Below, piece by piece: positions 26,341 through 35,698 of a stretch of 39,893 nucleotides of DNA; the stretch's first letter is position 1, and each line of letters opens with the position of its first letter. Location: assembly GCA_034190725.1 (NCBI GenBank), contig JAXHSZ010000434.1:1-39893 (forward strand), read 5' to 3'. The notes beneath the pieces were generated by a model that saw only the letters and a list, made by a program, of their open reading frames with translations, was not told the origin of the DNA and did not search any database. The position numbers were made by a program, and so were the translations under genes. The DNA is from Thermodesulfobacteriota bacterium (GTDB lineage: Bacteria; Desulfobacterota; UBA8473).

Positions 26341-28557
26341 TTAACCAATGATGGGATCCATCTTCAGGGCCGGATGATCTTTCTCTTTTAAGAAGGGCAG
26401 AATCTCATCCTCGGTGATTCCGACAGTTTCATCGGCGATCCTGTCTATGAGATCGGAGCAACCCAACTCTTCACCTCTCTTTAACAGACCTTCTCTGAGC
26501 TCTTCCTTCAACCCTTTCGGCATCCATACCAATCGGAGGAGCCCACCATCTCCTGAGATGAATTTTCTCTGGCAGATATTGTATTTACTGTGTCCGACAA
26601 ATCCCGGGGAGGATGCTCCGCCCCCCATCACTCCGGCCAGTGTTGTGAACTTCATTCCTGAAGGGGTCTCTCCCGTATAATCACGGCCCACTGTCATCAC
26701 TCCGTTACACCCGGAGAGAACAGCAGCAATGCACTCACAGCATCCGCAGGTGGTCATGGGATCGTGAACGAGACTGTAGAAATTGTAATGAGTCACATTT
26801 TGTCGTGAAGCTTTGTACACAAAGTCGTTCACTCCCTTCCATTGACCCAGTTTCGGATCAACACATTCTCCCTTTTCCACAGGCTGGTTGGGACCAGTGG
26901 GATTGATTTCATATGAGGCCTTACAATCCATCCAATTATAAGCACCACAAAGGCCGGTCCTCTCGGGGCTCACCATACAGACATGGTTAGGAGCAAATGA
27001 TTGACACAAAGTACAGGAGTAGTAGGTTTCCACGCTCTCATCCGTCATGGCCTCCACCCTGGCGTCTCTCTTCTTGTAATTATCCCTTGCAGTGGCTGTC
27101 AACTTGTCCACATCATCCTTCTTGGTATAGAGGGTGACTTGAACCTTATCGAGGATATTGCCGAAATCCTGATGCAACTTGGCATGGAGAATCGTCCCTA
27201 TATCCTTGAGGGCGAAGCCTTTATTCACAGCTTGATCACCAACCCGTATCCATGCAATATCGCGCTGTCCGATATGCATGATACCCTGGGCATAATTGAT
27301 AAGATGATGAATCTGTCTTTCGAGAATGGGCTCGAAGTCTTCCTGCATTTGACGCCCTGCCACCTGAACAAAGATGCCCAGTGGAAGCTTGTCACCTTTT
27401 TTAGTATCTTTAATCTCCGGCCCTATGACTTCAATTTGACCGTCTTCAATCTCCTTCATATCCGCCATCTTGCAAAGCTCAACCGCCTGGGTCTTTCCAC
27501 CGCCCATCTCCAGATAGAGATCATCTTTCCTCACACGCTCTCCCTCAAAGGCAGGGCCGTAGGCAAGGGGTATATCGATTTCAGAAACCGTGACCTTAAG
27601 GCCGCGAATTTCTATTGACTTGCTTGTCATCTCCTCGTGAGTAACGTTTGCCACCACATGCTCATATGTACAGATACCCGTGGGGAGTACTTCCGGGATG
27701 TCTGTATCTGCGATCGTGGGAAAACCCCAGTTTACACACCCGGCAGCATTGACTGCCCATTCCGCATTGACTTCCCCAAGGGCGTTTACAAAGGCAAAGA
27801 TACGCTCTTTGTTGTACATGAGTATCTTTCTTGCATCTCCCGGTTTCATTCCGCCGAATGACATGGCAGCCCGATTGGCGAAACCGAGTGCAAAGACGGC
27901 CGCCGATATATCGGGGCCAAAGGGAACCAGTCGTGTATTCCAGCCGATCTGCACTCCTGCCTCCACAAGCTGTTCTGCGAAGGTGGTTCCCGCCTGATTT
28001 GCGGCCATGAAGACGTAGATGCTCTTCTTTTGATACTCTTCAGCGATCAGTTTGGCTGTCTCAGGATCAGGGGCGGCGCCCACAATGGCTGCAAATCCGG
28101 GAGCGGTTCCGTCCACGAATTCCACACCTCTCTTTCTCATAATGGCATCGTCTGCGGCTCCCAACCAAATCTTGCCATTATCCACATCCGGATCCTCGAT
28201 TTCAGGTTGGTAGAAATCCGGGTCTTCCACGTAACGGATCGCCTCCACGATCTCTTCGGCCAGTATGGCCGCCATACCGGCATCGAGCATAGGGCCGAGA
28301 TAAGGAAGATGGTTCACCCTTTTGACGTGAGGGGGAAGAAGACTTCGGCACACCTTCATGACCTCGGCGGCATCGCCCAGGGTCTTTACGGGAATGCCCA
28401 GTATTGAATAGATAATCGGGAGATAATATGCGGTATTGGGAAATTCCAACTTCTGTTCAGGCCCGTACTTCTCCATGGCCTTTTTATATTTTCCTTCTGC
28501 CTTCTGGACGATATTGTATCCGCCCTGAATCGCAGCAAATGCAACTAGTTTTGACAT
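26341..28557 (-). CDS. acsB: Acetyl-CoA synthase catalytic subunit (A-cluster protein)
   Basis: 738 aa. N-terminus MSKLVAFAAIQGGYNIV..EFPNTAYYLPIIY. A-cluster Cys region CTLCQSFAPNHVC..GLCGA and TTCGCCECI. Confidence 0.95.
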   Translation of the reverse strand: MSKLVAFAAIQGGYNIVQKAEGKYKKAMEKYGPEQKLEFPNTAYYLPIIYSILGIPVKTLGDAAEVMKVCRSLLPPHVKRVNHLPYLGPMLDAGMAAILAEEIVEAIRYVEDPDFYQPEIEDPDVDNGKIWLGAADDAIMRKRGVEFVDGTAPGFAAIVGAAPDPETAKLIAEEYQKKSIYVFMAANQAGTTFAEQLVEAGVQIGWNTRLVPFGPDISAAVFALGFANRAAMSFGGMKPGDARKILMYNKERIFAFVNALGEVNAEWAVNAAGCVNWGFPTIADTDIPEVLPTGICTYEHVVANVTHEEMTSKSIEIRGLKVTVSEIDIPLAYGPAFEGERVRKDDLYLEMGGGKTQAVELCKMADMKEIEDGQIEVIGPEIKDTKKGDKLPLGIFVQVAGRQMQEDFEPILERQIHHLINYAQGIMHIGQRDIAWIRVGDQAVNKGFALKDIGTILHAKLHQDFGNILDKVQVTLYTKKDDVDKLTATARDNYKKRDARVEAMTDESVETYYSCTLCQSFAPNHVCMVSPERTGLCGAYNWMDCKASYEINPTGPNQPVEKGECVDPKLGQWKGVNDFVYKASRQNVTHYNFYSLVHDPMTTCGCCECIAAVLSGCNGVMTVGRDYTGETPSGMKFTTLAGVMGGGASSPGFVGHSKYNICQRKFISGDGGLLRLVWMPKGLKEELREGLLKRGEELGCSDLIDRIADETVGITEDEILPFLKEKDHPALKMDPIIG

Positions 28558-28602
28558 GTTTTTTCTCCTTCCTAAGAGATGTTAAGATCGTCTGGCTCTG
28601 AT

Positions 28603-30639
28603 CTAGACAGCTTCCAGTTTTTGTCTGTCGGCCATATCCATGAGCACTCGTTCTCTGGCTTTGTCAATGCCCAGCTCTTTTCTCTTCTTATCGATGTGGG
28701 CAATCATCTTATGTGCATGTTTGATGGGATCGGCTTCGAAATCCCACTTGCCGCCGTAGATCCCTTCCAATTTATTGTACAGATGATCCTGAAATACAGG
28801 GGCACCGGATACAGGCATGGTCACACCAAACACAGTATACACTCCGGAAGCCACGAAATAATGCCCGATACTGATTGCCTTCTCACTCATCCATTCCGGG
28901 GCTGAACCCGCAGCCGGAAGGTCACTGATATCCTTACCCAATCCACCTGCCTTTACAACCTCTGTGGCCGCCATCAGTATCCTGCTGTTGTCCACGCAAG
29001 ATCCCATATGAAGTACTGGCGGGATTCCTACTGTCTCGCACACCTCTGCAAGCCCTGGTCCACAATACACTGCGGCTGCCTCCGGTGTCAATAATCCTGC
29101 TTTGCCGCAGGCCATGGCATTACACCCTGTGGTGAGAACGATCACATCGTTCTTCAAAAGCTCCTTGACAACAGTGAGATGTCCATTGTTATGCATTGTG
29201 CGGGCATTGTTACACCCCACGACTCCTGCGACACCCCTGATCCTGCCGTTTATGATATTGTCGTTCAACGGAGTATAAGACCCCCTGAATGAGCCACCCA
29301 GATGATAATTGATTGCTTCATAAGAAAATCCCACAACCTGGACCTCTTTTTCTTTGGGAATCATCGGTTCCGCACTCCGGTTTTTAAAATTGTCTATAGC
29401 CATCCTGAGTATTTTTTTCGCATCTTCCATAGCGTGATGCTCATCGAACTCTATGTGAACCGTATCCCCTGATCTTATGCGAGTGCGGGGATTCGTCGTT
29501 ATCAACTTGGTGTGAAAACACTTGGCCACATTTGCCAGATTTTCCATGATGCACTGAACATCAACTACCATTGCATCAACAACACCAGTCACTATAGCCA
29601 ACTCTTGTTGTAAGAAATCTCCTGCTATAGGGACTCCGTGCCTGACCAGTATTTCATTTCCTGTACAGCATATACCTGACAGATTAATCCCTTTTGCGCC
29701 TTTGCTCTTTGCATATTCCAGCATCTCGGGATCTTGGGATGCGGCTACAATCATCTCTGACAAGAGTGGTTCGTGTCCGTGAATAACGACGTTCACCTGA
29801 TCTTCATCCATTACTCCCAGGTTAATCTGCGCATGAATGGGATACGGCGTACCAAAGAGAACATCCTGGAGGTCTGTTGCCAGCATAGACCCACCCCAGC
29901 CATCGGCCAATGCGGCGCGACTGCACTGTTTTACTATATTTTCGTAATCTTGGTCCACTCCCATGTGTGTACGGTGCATTATCTCTACCACTTCTCGGTC
30001 TATCCCCCGAGGCACCACGCCCTGCTTTTTCCACAGTTCATAACGGGGCTCTGGGGCTCTTTTGGCATAGTAGATCTCACCTTCTTGTCTGCCCCATTCC
30101 GCCAGGGCCTTCTCCGCCACTTCCAGTGCTATCTCATAAATGTCACGATCCTTCTCTTCATCATCTACAGTAACCGTTGTGGCAACTCCAAAGTCCGGTG
30201 CGATCTCTAGTAATTTCTGTGGATCCTTTATCTTGTAATCGTCTGTCTCTTTGCGTGCTACTGCCAAAAAGACCTCTGCAACACCCCGTCCATGATCGGA
30301 ATGAGCGGAAGCCCCAGCTGCCACCATACGCGCAAAATTACGGGCAGCGATAGTGTCCGGAGTTGCTCCGCAGAGGCCCTTTCTGTCGTCTTCTCCTTCA
30401 ATACCACTCTTTGGCAAGGGAAGTCGACATGGTCCCATAGCGCAGTTCTTACAACATGTGCCCTGTATCCCGATTGCGCATGGAGCCATTGTGACGGCCC
30501 TATCAAAAACCGTCTCTATTCCCTCTGCCTGGGCTTTCTCAAGCATCTTTACAGTGGCGGAATCGACACTGCATTCAGAGGGGACTGCCGTTTTCTTCGG
30601 TTTCTTCACAGTCTTTTCCTTTGCTTCTTCTGTTGCCAT
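28603..30639 (-). CDS. acsA: Anaerobic Ni-Fe-S carbon monoxide dehydrogenase catalytic subunit
   Basis: 678 aa. D/B-cluster motifs CAIGIQGTCCKNCAMGPCRL. GLCGATPDT. C-cluster region HGHEP, GICCTGNE, GCNN, MGSCVDNSR. Confidence 0.95.
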   Translation of the reverse strand: MATEEAKEKTVKKPKKTAVPSECSVDSATVKMLEKAQAEGIETVFDRAVTMAPCAIGIQGTCCKNCAMGPCRLPLPKSGIEGEDDRKGLCGATPDTIAARNFARMVAAGASAHSDHGRGVAEVFLAVARKETDDYKIKDPQKLLEIAPDFGVATTVTVDDEEKDRDIYEIALEVAEKALAEWGRQEGEIYYAKRAPEPRYELWKKQGVVPRGIDREVVEIMHRTHMGVDQDYENIVKQCSRAALADGWGGSMLATDLQDVLFGTPYPIHAQINLGVMDEDQVNVVIHGHEPLLSEMIVAASQDPEMLEYAKSKGAKGINLSGICCTGNEILVRHGVPIAGDFLQQELAIVTGVVDAMVVDVQCIMENLANVAKCFHTKLITTNPRTRIRSGDTVHIEFDEHHAMEDAKKILRMAIDNFKNRSAEPMIPKEKEVQVVGFSYEAINYHLGGSFRGSYTPLNDNIINGRIRGVAGVVGCNNARTMHNNGHLTVVKELLKNDVIVLTTGCNAMACGKAGLLTPEAAAVYCGPGLAEVCETVGIPPVLHMGSCVDNSRILMAATEVVKAGGLGKDISDLPAAGSAPEWMSEKAISIGHYFVASGVYTVFGVTMPVSGAPVFQDHLYNKLEGIYGGKWDFEADPIKHAHKMIAHIDKKRKELGIDKARERVLMDMADRQKLEAV

Positions 30640-30698
30640 ATGAATTTCCTCCGCATATTTAGATTGATTATACTAAACTTATTTTCTCACAAAATATT

Positions 30699-32279
30699 TT
30701 ATGACCTCTTGTGAATTCTATCCAAAAAGGCGATAATCTTTTCCGTGTTTGATAGTTGAACGTCGGCAGGAGTAGCCGGTATAGCTTCACCAGTCTTTGC
30801 TTCCTTTTGACGTTTTGCTTCAAGTGCTTCACGCTCTTTTTGTCTTTTCAACCTCATTTCATCAAGGTCTGCTTCGGCTTTTGCTTTGGCTTTCTCTTTT
30901 GCCTCAGCCTCGGCTTTCTTTTTTGCTTCCTCCTCGGCTTTGGCCTTTGCTTCCGCATCTGCTTTCGCCTTTGCCTCTGTTTCCGCCTTTGCCTTGGCAT
31001 CCTCTTCTGCTTTCTTCTTTGCTTCCTCCTCGGCTTTAGCTTTTGCTTCTGCATCGGCTTTTACCTTGGCCTCTGAATCCACTTTTACCTTTGCTTCTGC
31101 ATCCGCCTTGGCTTTAGCATCTTCAACCGCTTGAGGCTTTTCTGCAACCTTCTTCTCTTCCTTTACCTCAGGTTTTGGCGCTGCCTTGGGAGGGGCTTTC
31201 GGCGCTGCTTTCTTCTTTTCCTCTTTGGGCTCTTCCTTTACCTCTATTTTCTCGATCTTCGGAAAATCGCCTTCCGGCTTAGCGTTAATCCCCTGCAATT
31301 TAGCCGCGAGTTGCTCGGGGCTGATGGCAAGATCGCCGGTAATCATCAAACAAATAAACTCCTTCACCAACTTGACACTCTCTGGATGCCTTAAGACAAG
31401 GATATCCGAACCGGCCAGAAGATAGGTAACGGCTCCGACACATTCCAGCATGATCCCTCTGTTCTCAGGGTCGCCCAGAGTGGGAGCTTCCTCCAAACTC
31501 TGCTTGGCCTCTTTACACTTCCATATCTCCTCACCGAGACTGTTGATTATTGGACTCTGAAGTTTTTCATCTTCCTGAGTCAATGCGGCCATCCTGATTC
31601 TTTCCATTACTGAATAGGAATATTCCAGGCCATATCCCAATCCTCCCGTGGTGGGATCGATCAGGATCTTATCAGAACTCACTCCAAGATTATCGAGAAG
31701 TACATTGAGTTGTTTGGCAAGATTGATGTCTATGGGGGTTGACGCGATCACCGATTGTTTGAATCCCAAAGCACTGGCACCGATTTGTTTGTGAGTAGCT
31801 TCTTCAACCGGGCCTAAAACAAGGTTCTTTCCCTGGTTATCTTCCGCTATCTTCTTCAGGACTTCAACGTCTTTATCTTTATCCCCGCATCCCCACACTG
31901 CAACCGGGACGTCCACAGCATCGCGCACTTTTTTCACCGTGGCGGCTGCCTCCTCCGGACCCTTGTTCGGACCGTTGGGATCAGTGCTTTTCAATTGTAC
32001 CACAATCATGTCAGCACCGTATTCTTCTACACACTTCTTTGCCCAGGCCCCGGAATCGTTCAATACATCCTTAAATGGCGTAATAACAGCCTCAGGCCAT
32101 TCTTCAGGTGCCATGTCCCATATTTCCATGGCAACCTTCGGTGTATTAGGCATTTCACCCTCAAACAGGTAAAAAGGATAGGATGACTCTCCACCTACAG
32201 TGAGAGTCTTTCCCCCTTCACCCAGGGTCACCTCTTTTATCATTCCTGTGTAATGTGTTTTTGTAATTTCAAAGGCCAT
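30699..32279 (-). CDS. acsD: Corrinoid iron-sulfur protein small subunit (delta) with ~185-aa Lys/Glu/Ala-rich C-terminal extension
   Basis: Residues 1-~330 look like the AcsD TIM-barrel (EVTLGEGGKTLTVGGE, MIVVQLKSTDP, IDPTTGGLGYGLEYSYSVMERIR). Residues ~341-526 are low-complexity (PKEEKKKAAPKAPPKAAPKPE, then repeated AEAKAKAEEEAKKKAE units), ending in NTEKIIAFLDRIHKRS. Confidence 0.88.
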   Translation of the reverse strand: MAFEITKTHYTGMIKEVTLGEGGKTLTVGGESSYPFYLFEGEMPNTPKVAMEIWDMAPEEWPEAVITPFKDVLNDSGAWAKKCVEEYGADMIVVQLKSTDPNGPNKGPEEAAATVKKVRDAVDVPVAVWGCGDKDKDVEVLKKIAEDNQGKNLVLGPVEEATHKQIGASALGFKQSVIASTPIDINLAKQLNVLLDNLGVSSDKILIDPTTGGLGYGLEYSYSVMERIRMAALTQEDEKLQSPIINSLGEEIWKCKEAKQSLEEAPTLGDPENRGIMLECVGAVTYLLAGSDILVLRHPESVKLVKEFICLMITGDLAISPEQLAAKLQGINAKPEGDFPKIEKIEVKEEPKEEKKKAAPKAPPKAAPKPEVKEEKKVAEKPQAVEDAKAKADAEAKVKVDSEAKVKADAEAKAKAEEEAKKKAEEDAKAKAETEAKAKADAEAKAKAEEEAKKKAEAEAKEKAKAKAEADLDEMRLKRQKEREALEAKRQKEAKTGEAIPATPADVQLSNTEKIIAFLDRIHKRS

Positions 32280-32324
32280 TTAATTCTCTACCTCCCTCTA
32301 CAGGTTAATATAAACATATCCAGA

Positions 32325-33212
32325 TTAGATCAGCCCGGCATGAACTTTGGCGGATTTCACCGTATTCATCATCAGCATGGTTATCGTCATCGGCCCCACT
32401 CCCCCGGGAACAGGCGTTATGGCTGAGGCTTTCTCCTTTACGGCTTCAAAGTCCACATCTCCACAAAGTTTTGCCTTCCCTGATTCTGTCTTTCCGATAC
32501 GGTTCACGCCGACATCGATGACTACGGCTCCTTCCTTCACCATGTCCGCTGTCACTGCCTTTGGTTTTCCCGCGGCAACGATAAGAATATCAGCCCTTTT
32601 CGTATAAGAGGCCATGTCCTTCGTTCTCGTATGACATACGGTCACGGTTGCGTTTGCCCCTTCCTGTTTTTGTAAAAGGATATTTGCCACGGGTTTCCCG
32701 ACGATGTTGCTTCGTCCCACAACAACAACATCAGCCCCATTCGTTTCCGTATTGCTCCTTATTAACAATTGCTGGACCCCGGCCGGGGTGCAAGGAAGAT
32801 AATCCGCTTCACCAATCATCAATTTCCCCAGGTTAACGGGGTGAAAGCCATCCACATCCTTCTTGGGATCTATGGCATAGAGTACTTTTGTATCATCTAT
32901 ATGCTTTGGCAGGGGCAATTGCACAAGTATGCCATGGATCTGAGGGTCCTTGTTGTATGTGTCGATCAAACCCAATAACTTTTCTTCCGAAATATCATCC
33001 GGTTGGTTGTCCTGTATGGAATGAAATCCCAACTCCTTTGCCGTCTTCTGTTTCCCTGTCACATAGCTTATGGATGCAGGGTTCTCCCCAACGAGTATGG
33101 TGACCAATCCGGGCACCACATTATGTTTCTCCTTTAACTCTTCAACTTCCTTCTTCAATTCTTCTCTGATCTGTTTGGCTACTTCGGTTCCGCTGATAAT
33201 CTTCGCTGACAT
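32325..33212 (-). CDS. folD: Bifunctional methylenetetrahydrofolate dehydrogenase / methenyltetrahydrofolate cyclohydrolase
   Basis: PGLVTILVGENPASISYV, HGILVQLPLPKHID, DVDGFHP, CTPAG, VVVGRSNIVGKPV, PVPGGVGPMTI. Confidence 0.95.
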   Translation of the reverse strand: MSAKIISGTEVAKQIREELKKEVEELKEKHNVVPGLVTILVGENPASISYVTGKQKTAKELGFHSIQDNQPDDISEEKLLGLIDTYNKDPQIHGILVQLPLPKHIDDTKVLYAIDPKKDVDGFHPVNLGKLMIGEADYLPCTPAGVQQLLIRSNTETNGADVVVVGRSNIVGKPVANILLQKQEGANATVTVCHTRTKDMASYTKRADILIVAAGKPKAVTADMVKEGAVVIDVGVNRIGKTESGKAKLCGDVDFEAVKEKASAITPVPGGVGPMTITMLMMNTVKSAKVHAGLI

Positions 33213-33280
33213 TTTCCCCTCCCAAAAATTATTTTACCCCTTCCCCTTTTTTTCTTGTTGAATGGGCAAAACTAGTTAAA

Positions 33281-33311
33281 TGTTTCAAAAAAAATCTCAT
33301 GGATAGTCACT
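33281..33311 (+). mobile_element. Solo terminal fragment of the MITE-like element
   Basis: TGTTTCAAAAAAAATCTCATGGATAGTCACT resembles the 3' terminus CTTGCAAAAAATATCTCATTTCTGGATGGACACT and is the inverted partner of the 5' end of copy D (AGTGACTATCCAT). Confidence 0.45.
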
Positions 33312-33441
33312 GAAAAGATCTTACACATTTTCAAGTGTCCCGGTTTTAAAAACCATCCTTATCTTTGCTGAACGTAAGGCTTGGCAGTCCGACTTTTTAA
33401 ATGGTTGGCAATATGGAATGAAGTTCAAACTCCGCTCAGGG

Positions 33442-33583
33442 AGTGACTATCCATAAATGGCTATTTCCTCATCCCTGAGTCAAACTCAGATTTTGGTCCT
33501 TAAAATACTCGGAGTATTCATGCGGTCAAAATCTTCGATTTCTTTGATCTTGCAGAAAATATTTCATTTCTGGATGGACACTA
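33442..33583 (+). mobile_element. MITE-like intergenic repeat, copy D (between cooC and folD)
   Basis: AGTGACTATCCATAAATGGCTATTTCC ... AAAATATTTCATTTCTGGATGGACACTA. Its last 3 nt (CTA, 33581-33583) are the complement of the cooC TAG stop codon. Confidence 0.8.
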
Positions 33584-34336
33584 GTTGATTATGTCATCCA
33601 ATATCTGAGCAACTGCCTGTACCGCACTCGACTCATCAGGTAAATCTGTCAGGGGTCTCAACGAGAGATCATACTCAGAGATTAACGTATCCATAGGGAT
33701 AGTGAAAAAGGAGTTGAATCCGTTTTTTTTCATCTCAGTTTTTAGTACAGGATTTAATTCCCCTTGGATTCTATTAAGAATAAAGTATTCTTTTTTTATT
33801 GATAGTTCAAGTTCTTTGGCAAGATCCCTTATTCTGGCTGCAGTCATAATCCCCTTTGGTGTAGGGTCTGAGACAATCAACAAAGCATCAATCGACTGAA
33901 GTATCCGTCTGCTCAAGTGTTCCATCCCGGCTTCATTATCGAGAACCACAAAATGGTAGTTTTTGATAAAAATGTCTAAAAACCTCCTGAGCATATTGTT
34001 CACAGGGCAATAGCACCCAGGCCCCTCACCTCTCCCCATCGCCAGGACATCTATACCTTCTCCTTCCACCAAAGATTCATTGAGCTTTAATTCAAGAAAA
34101 GCTTCTTTATCCATTCCCGGCGGTAATTTTGACAAATCTGATGAAAAATCTTCTCTTACCGCCCCAAGTGTCTTTCCCTGATGAAACCCAATGGTTTCGG
34201 CAAGATTCACATTGGAATCTGCATCAACTGCCAATATGGGGCCTTTCTCTCTTCTCTTGAGATTCCGTATGATAAGTCCGGATATGGTTGTTTTGCCTAT
34301 GCCTCCTTTTCCTGCAACTGCAATCACAAAACTCAA
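33581..34336 (-). CDS. cooC: CODH nickel-insertion accessory ATPase (CooC/AcsF type)
   Basis: Deviant Walker A VAGKGGIGKTT. CxC metal motif GPGCYCPVN. MinD/Mrp-like fold signatures (VVLDNEAGMEHL). TTG start 11 nt after AGGAGG. Confidence 0.9.
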   Translation of the reverse strand: MSFVIAVAGKGGIGKTTISGLIIRNLKRREKGPILAVDADSNVNLAETIGFHQGKTLGAVREDFSSDLSKLPPGMDKEAFLELKLNESLVEGEGIDVLAMGRGEGPGCYCPVNNMLRRFLDIFIKNYHFVVLDNEAGMEHLSRRILQSIDALLIVSDPTPKGIMTAARIRDLAKELELSIKKEYFILNRIQGELNPVLKTEMKKNGFNSFFTIPMDTLISEYDLSLRPLTDLPDESSAVQAVAQILDDIIN

Positions 34337-35145
34337 GACAGACTCTTCCTCCTGTTATAAATACTCTGGATAGATAGAAAATACAAACGGATAGTGTAAA
34401 TAATACGTATCCTTCCTGATCGATTCGTCACTCAATCGATAGTCAGGTTGATAATCGATGGTTGGTTTGACAGCACAGGTGAGTGAACCTTCATTCATAA
34501 CGGCTGAAAAGTACCATACAATTGCTTTATTGTCAAGAGCTTTTGCAAATTTTTCAGAAAGCCACCGGTGTGGAAAAAATTCCCCGACTTCTCTTTTTTG
34601 TACTTGACAATCCAAGGTCAATATCCTACATAGATTAAGCGGTTCAAGGTTCACGATTGAATCATACCACCCCCCGAATTGCAAGGAATTGTTAATAATC
34701 CTGTAGCTCTTGTCATCGCATCCGTTGGGTGATTATCGAAGCCGTGGTCATAATCAGAGCTCCAAGAACTATTGCTATTATGTCTTTACAACCATGAACA
34801 TTGAATGGGGAAAACTGAACTGCTCAATTTAAGTGAAACTTGCATGCTCCGATTGAGCAAAACCGCAGGAATAGTGGTATCTATTTCAGGGATTTTGTTA
34901 TTAACTACAGAGATACTTTCGAATAAACCCGTAAAGAGCCTGTTTGAAAGACCTCTTTCCTCACTTGGATTGAGTTTTTTGCTCGTTCTCAGTTCGCTAC
35001 GCAAAATGTTAAGTTATTTTTGCGCAGATCCTTAAGATTATTGATGACACGTTTGCAGGAAGGGAGGTGGTGAGTTCAAGGAAGGTGTTACTGCGGATTA
35101 TTGAATGTGGTTATACATAACAAATTGAAAAAGAGGAGGGGAAAA

Positions 35146-35562
35146 ATGGCCATTGGAAAAGAAGTTCGCGAGATGTTAAAAGGAATGCTTGGTATGACTG
35201 ATGAGGAGATAGATAAAATCGGGCCTGACAGAGCAAAATTATTGGCGGGTGCACCAGAGCTATTTAACTACAAGATAACCGCTGAAGTCATTGCGTCTGT
35301 ACGATGCGCTGCACAAATAAAAGTGGGTGATAAATTCGTCTTTAACGCCAATGTCCTCAATAAAGATGAATCTACGGCTCCGGCCTGCATCGGCGCATTA
35401 GCTCCCTTAATGGAGCCTATTCATATGATTTTTGACAGGCTCAGCGAGGGGCTTGATCCTAATGGCTTATGGACCCGGACTGTTTCATGTTTTGATCCTG
35501 GTTTAGAGCGTGGTGGCGTTGGGAATGTGTTATTTAAACTCACCGCCGAAAAATTGGGTTAG
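35146..35562 (+). CDS. TIGR04076-like small Cys-containing protein with N-terminal extension
   Basis: ATG at 35146 follows AGAGGAGGGG. The pattern C-x5-KVGDKF...P-x-C-x2-A...L-x-P...SCFDPG...VLFKL matches my recollection of the TIGR04076 family layout. Needs HMM confirmation. Confidence 0.6.
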   Translation: MAIGKEVREMLKGMLGMTDEEIDKIGPDRAKLLAGAPELFNYKITAEVIASVRCAAQIKVGDKFVFNANVLNKDESTAPACIGALAPLMEPIHMIFDRLSEGLDPNGLWTRTVSCFDPGLERGGVGNVLFKLTAEKLG

Positions 35563-35593
35563 TTGATCAGTTGATATTGATAGTTTGGTTTGT

Positions 35594-35627
35594 GAAAGGG
35601 CAAGGGTACCTTCTCAATTGCCCTTTC
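35594..35627. terminator. Hairpin between convergent genes (possible bidirectional terminator)
   Basis: GAAAGGGCAA (35594-35603) and TTGCCCTTTC (35618-35627) form a perfect 10-bp stem with a 14-nt loop. There is no clear U-tract on either side. Confidence 0.4.
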
Positions 35628-35698
35628 AATACACTATTCCCGTTACCTTTGTAAGTATGATCTCTCAAAGGAAGAAAACAACTTTTTTTATCCAGACC

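Noticed and set aside
30756-31134. Several antisense ORFs (Phe/Leu/Cys- or Ala/Ser-rich) opposite the acsD tail
   Set aside because: They are low-complexity mirror images of the Lys/Glu/Ala repeat. The acsD frame is continuous with a well-supported enzyme domain.
34355-34684. 109-aa ORF (-) immediately upstream of cooC
   Set aside because: Its only start is a TTG with no Shine-Dalgarno (AATTCC precedes it), and it has no motif I recognise. It could be a real small protein or just the leader of the acs cluster, and the evidence is insufficient to call it.
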